From: Neoechinorhynchus agilis
Taxonomy: Eukaryota > Animalia > Acanthocephala
Assembly: GCA_051530055.1 (NCBI GenBank)
Contig: JBMGUZ010000013.1
Location: forward strand, 1 to 58,880
Length of the DNA: 58,880 bases
Reading direction: 5' to 3'
Positions 47,131-58,880 of this stretch are shown piece by piece; position 1 is the stretch's first letter, and every line of letters starts with the position of its first letter. Under the pieces are notes generated by a model. That model was not told the origin of the DNA and made no database searches. It worked only from the letters and a program-made list of their open reading frames with translations. The translations under genes were made by a program, and so were the position numbers.

Positions 47131-48024
47131 CTTTAGGAAAACAAGCGGCGAGAAACACGACTGTTCAAAAAAAGAATACCTTTTTTTAATTGTAATTTCC
47201 TTAAGTTCAAGACTAAAAATTTTGACTAAAGGGGACAAAATTAGAAAAAATAAACGAGAAAATAAGATTAAGAAGAATTTCTCTAGACGAAGTTCAATTT
47301 GCGCGGATGAGTATTTGGGCACAACCCAGAAAAACATAGATTCTTTCTTATCAAAACGTATCACAAAAGATTAGAAAATCATTTTAGAACACATTTCCTT
47401 TCGGACCAACGAACACGTATCAAATTCCTTAAGATCATCTTCATCCTTTGAAATCGACTTATTCACGGATGACGTTTTGTTTTGGCAAAAATTAAAAACC
47501 AAGGTATATCCACGCAAATTTGATTGATTTTTAAATTTTCTAGTTCTAAAACTATAAAGATTAGCCGAAGATGCGGGAATCATCTTTTTCTCAATATTAA
47601 GAACGACGCTGGTTTATTTGTATGCGCGCGTCAAAGTCGGAAAGAATTCTAAAACAAAAACACTGCTTCCTTTTATTTCCCTTATTGAATGGTAACGATG
47701 TGTTCTGGTGATTGTTTGATGTTGTTAATTTGTAGATTACCATTATTGGTTTTCTTAATATTCTTAGACGTAAACATAGTTTTGAAGTCTTGTTTAATCG
47801 CTCATTTACAAGAGCTTTTGATGACGTCGTTTTTTTAGAATGCGTTCCTTTTTTAGCTCTTAAAATATTCAGTGAGAATATCTTCGTTTTTCGTGTGCTT
47901 GATTGTTCTTTTAGACTTGTTGGATTCTTCCGTGGTTTTATTAGGAATAACACGCATTTTCATTGTATGTTTGACACGAATCGCTCGTTTCACCAATGAG
48001 GACCTCTCGATCCTTTCCAGAAAG

Positions 48025-50504
<2,480 letters not shown>

Positions 50505-50760
50505 TATTGGTTGTCAGCAGCAGCAGCAGAGCAGCTTCGTTGTACGTGTGATGCGGATTATAGTAAAACTGTGCGGGCGGCGACATCAACATGAGTTGGG
50601 GGGAGTTTATTGTGGCACAATTGTATTATCAGTGAGTGTAAGTTCATACGCTTGTTTGATTGCTTCTGAAATGTTGGCCGTCGACATTGTTGTGGACTTT
50701 AGAGATAACTAAAAAGACGATAGTGAATTCGCTGGAGCGATGTTACTGTTCGAGTAAACA

Positions 50761-53700
50761 CGGTAACCTCTATCCAGCGAGAAACTAAAATACTACAAGT
50801 GAGCGAAGTTTTAGAGGCTTGAAAGCACAAAACTCGCTCACTTGTAAGAAATTCTCGATCGGTGATCATTTACTTTTAACATTATCGCTGGATGGAGGTT
50901 ATTGTTCGAGTTTGTAATAAAAAGTCACACACTCGAACGTTCGGTAACCTTTCTCCAGCGAGAAACTAAAATACTACAAGTGAGCGAGGTTTTAGATGCT
51001 TAAAAGCACAAAACTCGCTCACTTGTAAGAAATTCTCAATCGGTGATCGTTTACTTTTAACATTATCGCTGGATGGAGGTTATTGTTCGAATTTGTGATA
51101 AAAAGTCACACACTCGAACGTTCGGTAACCTCTATCCAGCGAAAAACTAAAATACTACAAGTGAGCGAGGTTTTAGAAGCTTAAAAGCACAAAACTCGCT
51201 CACTTGTAAGAAATTCTCGATCGGTGATCGTTTACTTTTAACATTATCGCTGGATGGAGGTTATTGTTCGAGTTTGTAATAAAAAGTCACACACTCGAAC
51301 GTTCGGTAACCTCTATCCAGCGAAAAACTAAAATACTACAAGTGAGCGAGGTTTTAGAAGCTTAAAACCACAAAACTCGCTCACTTGTAAGAAATTTTCG
51401 ATTGGTGATCGTTTACTTTTAACATTATCGCTGGATGGAGGTTATTGTTCGAGTTTGTAATAAAAAGTCACACACTCGAACGTTCGGTAACCTTTCTCCA
51501 GCGAAAAACTAAAATACTACAAGTGAGCGAGGTTTTAGAGGCTTAAAACCACAAAACTCGCTCACTTGTAAGAAATTCTCGATCGGTGATCGTTTACTTT
51601 TAAAATTATCGCTGGATGGAGGTTATTGTTCGAATTTGTGATAAAAAGTCACACGCTCGAACGTTCGGTAACCTTTCTCCAGCGAAAAACTAAAATACTA
51701 CAAGTGAGCGAGGTTTTAGAGGCTTAAAAGCACAAAACTCGCTCACTTGTAAGAAATTCTCGATCGGTGATCGTTTACTTTTAACATTATCGCTGGATGG
51801 AGGTTATTGTTCGAGTTTGTAATAAAAAGTCACACACTCGAACGTTCGGTAACCTTTCTCCAGCGAGAAACTAAAATACTACAAGTGAGCGAGGTTTTAG
51901 AAGCTTAAAAGCACAAAACTCGCTCACTTGTAAGAAATTTTCGATCGGTGATCGTTTACTTTTAACATTATCGCTGGATGGAGGTTATTGTTCGAATTTG
52001 TGATAAAAAGTCACACACTCGAACGTTCGGTAACCTTTCTCCAGCGAAAAACTAAAATACTACAAGTGAGCGAGGTTTTAGAAGCTTAAAAGCACAAAAC
52101 TCGCTCACTTGTAAGAAATTCTCGATCGGTGATCGTTTACTTTTAACATTATCGCTGGATGGAGGTTATTGTTCGAGTTTGTAATAAAAAGTCACACACT
52201 CGAACGTTCGGTAACCTTTCTCCAGCGAAAAACTAAAATACTACAAGTGAGCGAGGTTTTAGAGGCTTAAAAGCACAAAACTCGCTCACTTGTAAGAAAT
52301 TCTCGATCGGTGATCGTTTACTTTTAACATTATCGCTGGATGGAGGTTATTGTTCGAGTTTGTAATAAAAAGTCACACACTCGAACGTTCGGTAACCTTT
52401 CTCCAGCGAAAAACTAAAATACTACAAGTGAGCGAGGTTTTAGAAGCTTAAAACCACAAAACTCGCTCACTTGTAAGAAATTCTCGATCGGTGATCGTTT
52501 ACTTTTAAAATTATCGCTGGATGGAGGTTATTGTTCGAATTTGTGATAAAAAGTCACACACTCGAACGTTCGGTAACCTTTCTCCAGCGAAAAACTAAAA
52601 TACTACAAGTGAGCGAGGTTTTAGAGGCTTAAAAGCACAAAACTTGCTCACTTGTAAAAAATTCTCAATCGGTGATCGTTTACTTTTAACATTATCGCTG
52701 GATGGAGGTTATTGTTCGAGTTTGTAATAAAAAGTCACACACTCGAACGTTCGGTAACCTTTCTCCAGCGAGAAACTAAAATACTACAAGTGAGCGAGGT
52801 TTTAGAAGCTTAAAAGCACAAAACTCGCTCACTTGTAAGAAATTTTCGATTGGTGATCGTTTACTTTTAACATTATCGCTGGATGGAGGTTATTGTTCGA
52901 ATTTGTGATAAAAAGTCACACGCTCGAACGTTCGGTAACCTTTCTCCAGCTAAAAACTAAAATACTACAATTGAGCGAGGTTTTAGAAGCTTAAAACCAC
53001 AAAACTCGCTCACTTGTAAGAAATTATCGATCGGTGATCGTTTACTTTTAACATTATCGCTGGATGGAGGTTATTGTTCGAGTTTGTGATAAAAGTCACA
53101 CACTCGAACGTTCGGTAACCTTTCTCCAGCGAGAAACTAAAATACTACAAGTGAGCGAGGTTTTAGAGGCTTAAAAGCACAAAACTCGCTCACTTGTAAG
53201 AAATTTTCGATTGGTGATCGTTTACTTTTAACATTATCGCTGGATGGAGGTTATTGTTCGAGTTTGTAATAAAAAGTCACACACTCGAACGTTCGGTAAC
53301 CTTTCTCCAGCGAGAAACTAAAATACTACAAGTGAGCGAGGTTTTAGATGCTTAAAAGCACAAAACTCGCTCACTTGTAAGAAATTTTCGATTGGTGATC
53401 GTTTACTTTTAACATTATCGCTGGATGGAGGTTATTGTTCGAGTTTGTGATAAAAAGTCACACACTCGAACGTTCGGTAACCTTTCTCCAGCGAGAAACT
53501 AAAATACTACAAGTGAGCGAGGTTTTAGATGCTTAAAAGCACAAAACTCGCTCACTTGTAAGAAATTCTCGATCGGTGATCGTTTACATTTAAAATTGTC
53601 GCTGGATGGAGGTTATTGTTCGAATTTGTGATAAAAAGTCACACACTCGAACGTTCGGTAACCTCTATCCAGCGAAAAACTAAAATACTACAAGTGAGCG

Positions 53701-54588
53701 AGGTTTTAGAGGCTTAAAAGCACAAAACTTGCTCACTTGTAAAAAATTCTCAATCGGTGATCGTTTACTTTTAACATTATCGCTGGTTGGAGGTTATTGT
53801 TCGAGTTTGTAATAAAAAGTCACACACTCGAACGTTCGGTAACCTTTCTCCAGCGAGAAACTAAAATACTACAAGTGAGCGAGGTTTTAGAAGCTTAAAA
53901 GCACAAAACTCGCTCACTTGTAAGAAATTTTCGATTGGTGATCGTTTACTTTTAACATTATCGCTGGATGGAGGTTATTGTTCGAATTTGTGATAAAAGT
54001 CACACACTCGAACGTTCGGTAACCTTTCTCCAGCGAGAAACTAAAATACTACAAGTGAGCGAGGTTTTAGAGGCTTAAAAGCACAAAACTCGCTCACTTG
54101 TAAGAAATTTTCGATTGGTGATCGTTTACTTTTAACATTATCGCTGGATGGAGGTTATTGTTCGAGTTTGTAATAAAAAGTCACACACTCGAACGTTCGG
54201 TAACCTTTCTCCAGCGAGAAACTAAAATACTACAAGTGAGCGAGGTTTTAGATGCTTAAAAGCACAAAACTCGCTCACTTGTAAGAAATTTTCGATTGGT
54301 GATCGTTTACTTTTAACATTATCGCTGGATGGAGGTTATTGTTCGAGTTTGTGATAAAAAGTCACACACTCGAACGTTCGGTAACCTTTCTCCAGCGAGA
54401 AACTAAAATACTACAAGTGAGCGTGGTTTTAGATGCTGAAAAGCACAAAACTCGCTCACTTGTAAGAAATTCTCGATCGGTGATCGTTTACTTTTAACAT
54501 TATCGCTGGATGGAGGTTATTGTTCGAGTTTGTGATAAAAAGTCACACACTCGAACGTTTGGTAACCTCTATCCAGCGAGAAACTAAA
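50761..54588. repeat. Satellite array, 181-bp unit, ~21 copies, internally palindromic
   Basis: cggtaacc at 50761, 50942, 51123, 51304, 51485 and onward; nested inverted repeats within each unit. Confidence 0.98.
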
Positions 54589-57500
54589 GTGAACGAATTT
54601 TTGAACGCGCGGAGACCTTAAATTCGAAAGGGGTACTGCGTGGTTTCCTCTACTTTTATAAGCAATAACGATAAAAAAGTGGAAATTAATAGTTATGCAC
54701 GAGATTAGAATACGTTTCAAAATTTCTTCAGATGACTGATTTTTTAAAATGTAGCTAATTTTTTTGCATACCTTTAAAACAGTCTTTGTGTTTTGATCAG
54801 TTGAAAATCTGATTTCTCCAAGTATAAGTGTATCTTGCATAAGATTTTGTCCAAAAACATACTTTCCGCATTGATAAATCAGCTGAACGCCATCAACAAC
54901 AACGGGTGAACCGACACCATGCAGATTACAGGCATTAAGCTTGTCCACAATTTCTCGAACGGATAATGCTGTCGGTAGTAAAAGTGTGAATGTATGTTCA
55001 GACGTCAGCGCTTTCCATTGACCAATAAAATCGTTTTCTACCATTTTCCAGTTTGGATCAAACAAAAAATTAACCGGCACATTAATTTTGAAGTAATTAA
55101 TTACGGCTTCTTCAGTGTTTGGAGCACACTTAAAAGCTATTTGTAACTCGTTGAGTGGTTGTTTAACGAGTGGTTCATTGAAAGTGCTATTTACTAAAGG
55201 AATCGAAAGATTGTGAACTGTGTCTGACGGCTTCAGGTCAGGGATGTTTGTTAGTGATCCTGAGACACCTAACCAATTCTGACGATTGATTTGCAAAACG
55301 AGAGATGAAAACGTTTTGTCTACTGTTGTGTTCCGCAGTTCGATGTCGACAACGAGACTTCCAACTTTGCTTTGTTTAATATTACCCCAAACCTCAACGC
55401 CTTGTATTCGGTCTGTTCCTGAAAACCATTTAATATTTGAACTGCTCGATGTCGATAAAAAATCGAAGAGTTCATCAATGTGCACATCGGATTCGTGAAT
55501 TGGTGGGCCCAGTACTGATTCTAGTTCACTTTCAAGAAGGTCGACGGATGTCGGAGCAACAGTGGTTGGGAATGTATCGTCATCGAGATCCAGGAGATTA
55601 GATGAGAATTCTGTAGACGATTGTTGTGCTGATGGTGGAATGTCTGGTTCAATCGTTAGAGTGGATATTGGTTCGGATGTCGGTAATCGGTAGCCGGTAT
55701 TGAGTCCTTCTAGAAATGCACTTGGAGGTTTACCACACTGTTTCCCGGCAGTTGTTTTGAAACGTGGTCCGTGGAATCGCTTATCGCGTACAATTTGTCT
55801 ACAAAACTAGCCTAATGGAGAATTTTCGGGGTAAACGTTAGCACAACGTCTTCCTAATCTCGTAATCGTCAAGGTTTTCGTAAGCGGACCTGCAGTTTTG
55901 AAGAACAACTTAAGTAGACGGCCACCCGCAGAGATGTCGGAGGCACAACAAAAAACGATGGAACAACGCAAAACACCGGGGAACAGTGCGTTTTGGTAGA
56001 TGGAAGCCAACGTACCGATTTGACTTAGAAGGGTGTCGAGAAGCGATGGCTCAATAATGTCGGTTTCTTCACTAATAAGTGGCTTTGGAGCGAGAATAGC
56101 ATCTCGAGCAGCCTGTGGATCTGCAGACAGCAATCTCCAATAAATATAACCACGATCACGAATATCCGGATTATCGGACTCTTGACTAGCAAGCTGCAAC
56201 ACTCTCGTAACAAGGTGTTGCGCTTCATTTGGTTTCTTCAAAAATAGTTTAACTATCGCAGTTAAAAGCTGCAACTGAACTTGATGACTGCTTTCGTCTT
56301 GCCAAGTATCAAGAAAATCTTCTAAAAGTTGGGTTGCATTCTCGATTCGTTCAGCGTATTCACCAATGATCCAAACCATTGAAGCTCGTGCTTCTGGTTC
56401 GTCAAGGGAATCAAGATTCTCACATAGGGCGCTGATTATTCCTTCGTACTTGTTTGGATATTTACGGAAAATGTCCTTAATGACAATGACGGCTTCTTGA
56501 ACTACATAATTAACTTTGGTTTTGACAAGGTCCAACAGCGTGGAAACGCATTTCTCGGCGTATTTATCGATTTTGATAGCGCATCGTCCAATAGCGCGTA
56601 CGGATTTGCGAACAAAATCCACGTCGGCTTCAGCTGCGTATTCTTTAAGTTCGGAAAGGACTTGTCCAATGTTAGTAGTATTGGTGAGTCGTATCATGAT
56701 ATCAAGTTTTTCTAGCTTCACATAGATTGGATCATTGTATTTGACAAAAAAGACACGTAGGTCGTTTCGAAGAATATCTGGTTTTTTCTGCAAAATCAAG
56801 TTGATGTTTCTTAGAGCCACATATTGGATTTCTGGTTCAGCTGAGAGAAGAGTTACCAAAGGTGGTGCGAGTTTCCGGTGAGTAGCCACAACAAATTCAC
56901 TTTTGCTATCGATGAAATCAAGAAATTTCACAAGCACTTTGACGGATGAAAGGACGACTGCAGCGTTCGCATGGGCCAGTCTGGATGTAACTCGTTCGCA
57001 AATGCTAAACATTAGTAGTGAATTTTTATTAAGATCACGACTTATTCCTTACCTCTGGGCTTCCTTTTCGTCCTTGGGACTATATGTGGCTATTGCGTCC
57101 AGTATAAACACTTGGCCCCATTCGTTGCATTCGTTGAGTGCCGTTAGTAGTTTGTTGGTCAGATTTGAATTTAAATCGAACAAGTGAGGTTTTGTGCTTG
57201 TTTGGGCGATTTCACTCAATGCTGCCACTGCGTTCGATATCACCTAGACGCAAAAAAGGTGGGGTCTTAATTTTAACCTTTTGACTTTTACAATAAACGC
57301 GAAAAAATACCGATCCATAATTTTGATCAGTATTCCCAATACAACAAATAAAATTTGAATCAATAATCCTAATAAACAAGAATGTCAATGGGATTATTAT
57401 TGTTTAGGAGTATTCATTCGCGGTAAATAATTTTTTCGCGCTTCCATGATCAGTTTCTTATTAAAAGACGCTTACAACAAACTGATGATGAACTCGGCGA

Positions 57501-58880
57501 GATTCGCAGAACGTCTTTAATCGAAAAAATTATAACCCTGATAGCCAGGAACTTTCTTTTTCTTAATTGATCCACTTGGCAGCAATTACTATTTTTAAGC
57601 GTTTATTCCGGGAGTTTCAAGTATTAAAAAAGCCACTAAACTTACATTTCGGGGGGAATTGGATTACTTCTCAAACCAAAATCTTCTTCGGTGCTTTTTA
57701 AGCGTTTATTCCGGGATTTTCAAGTACTAAAAAGCCACTAAACTTACATTTCGGGGGGAATTGGGTTACTTCTCAAACCAAAATCTTCTTCGGTGCTTTT
57801 TAAGCGTTTATTCCGGGATTTTCAAGTATTAAAAAGCCACTAAACTTACATTTCGGGGGGAATTGGGTTACTTCTCAAACCAAAATCTTCTTCGGTGCCT
57901 TTTAAGCATTTTTGGCATATAAAGACATTGGATTTTAACAATGCAAAATCATTTTCGGTGACATCACGATAAGGAAATCTAATTTTTCCAATCTTTCGCC
58001 TTTTAATAAAGATTAGGAAATGCTAATAAATTTTTAGATAATTTCGTCATTTATAGAATGTTTTTGGATGCCTAAATGTGAGATTTGGAAATACAGTCTC
58101 GGTTTTGGTTAATCGGGAAGCGATCGTTTTCATTGGAGAACATTAGACAAAAAATAGGTATTGTATTTTTTCAATTTATTTTAAAGACTCAATAGAATCA
58201 AATCGATTGCGTCCCAATTTTTGTCTACTTAACCGAATTTTTAATCTTATGAATATTTGTTCGATACATGACCGATTCGAATAAAATGGGGAACTTTAAA
58301 GATTTGTTTTTACTTACCATTGGATTTGAATCGGTAAGAAGTTCCTTCAGAATGTCCAAGAATCCTTGCTCCTCAACGAGTTGAGCGTTGATATCGTGAA
58401 GTTTTGCAACACAAACGGCAGCCGTTTTTCTCACGTATGGATCTTCATCCCTGAGACTTTTCCTCAAAGGTTCGCACAAATACTCAGTGATTTTATCCAC
58501 TCGGATACATCCCATGGTTCTGACGGCTAAAGCTCGAATCATTGGATTATGATCCTCACAGTCCTTGACAAAAGTGTTGACGGCCAAAATGGCAAGATCC
58601 GGCTGACTTTTTGCATAATTCATCAGGTAAAGATAGACAAGTTTTTTGAGTTCAATATTGTCCGTTTGCATGCAATTGACGACGTCAGTGAATAAAGCGC
58701 TGACGTCTTTTCCAATTGTCATCGATGCTATGATTTTCTTCACTGCTTCCTTCCTTCTTTCCTTTTTGTCACTATTGAGCTCCATGCGAAGTTCATAGAT
58801 TTCACCTGTAGGGAAAAATAGTCGAGAAACTTGCAATCAACGGTGCTTACCTTTCTTTGTTGTATTAAAATACTTGGAAT
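54517..58880 (-). CDS. AP2B1: AP-1/AP-2 adaptor complex beta subunit; start codon just outside the window, 3' end uncertain
   Basis: [102 protein letters not shown], appendage domains; introns ~58806-58850, 57244-58317, 57005-57052. Confidence 0.95.
55733..55993. mobile_element. 261-bp insertion with imperfect terminal inverted repeats inside the AP-beta coding sequence (candidate MITE-derived intron)
   Basis: Splits the conserved LASIY(H)KPP motif; ends ccacactgtttcccgg ... ccggggaacagtgcgttttgg; in-frame stop at 55807-55809. Confidence 0.7.
57593..57908. repeat. Tandem repeat, ~102-bp unit, 3 copies, in an AP-beta intron
   Basis: tttttaagcgtttattccggg at ~57593, 57695 and 57797. Confidence 0.9.

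Noticed and set aside
50761-54588. Retrozyme/viroid-like hammerhead multimer
   Set aside because: Highly structured, but no hammerhead core found on either strand.

Overview
AT-rich genomic DNA from a compact-genome animal (invertebrate-like; most GT-AG introns are 39-60 nt; species not identifiable from sequence alone). Left 16 kb: a transposon/virus graveyard. It holds a decayed toti-like dsRNA-virus RdRp (endogenous viral element), a young intact Penelope-like retroelement (RT + GIY-YIG, pseudo-LTRs, minimal hammerhead ribozymes) between two copies of a ~1.4-1.5 kb duplication, a second decayed Penelope element with its own hammerhead, and CRE-like non-LTR fragments. Middle: an intronless Argonaute with an intact DEDH tetrad, a tandem-Tudor gene, and an MBD/pre-SET/SET (SETDB-like) gene with degenerate catalytic motifs. 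Abutting that gene is a ~100-copy 28-bp tandem array whose unit matches the hammerhead core of the Penelope element 24 kb away (28/28 nt for one variant); this is the most striking observation. Right half: housekeeping genes (DENR, ENPP-family, ankyrin/SOCS-box-like, SREK1/SRSF11-like, UAP56/DDX39B, AP-1/2 beta) interleaved with structured tandem repeats (110, 146, 181, 102 bp). Three introns/inserts have boundaries that do not resolve into strong GT-AG sites. Family assignments come from motif recognition by eye; no database searches were run.
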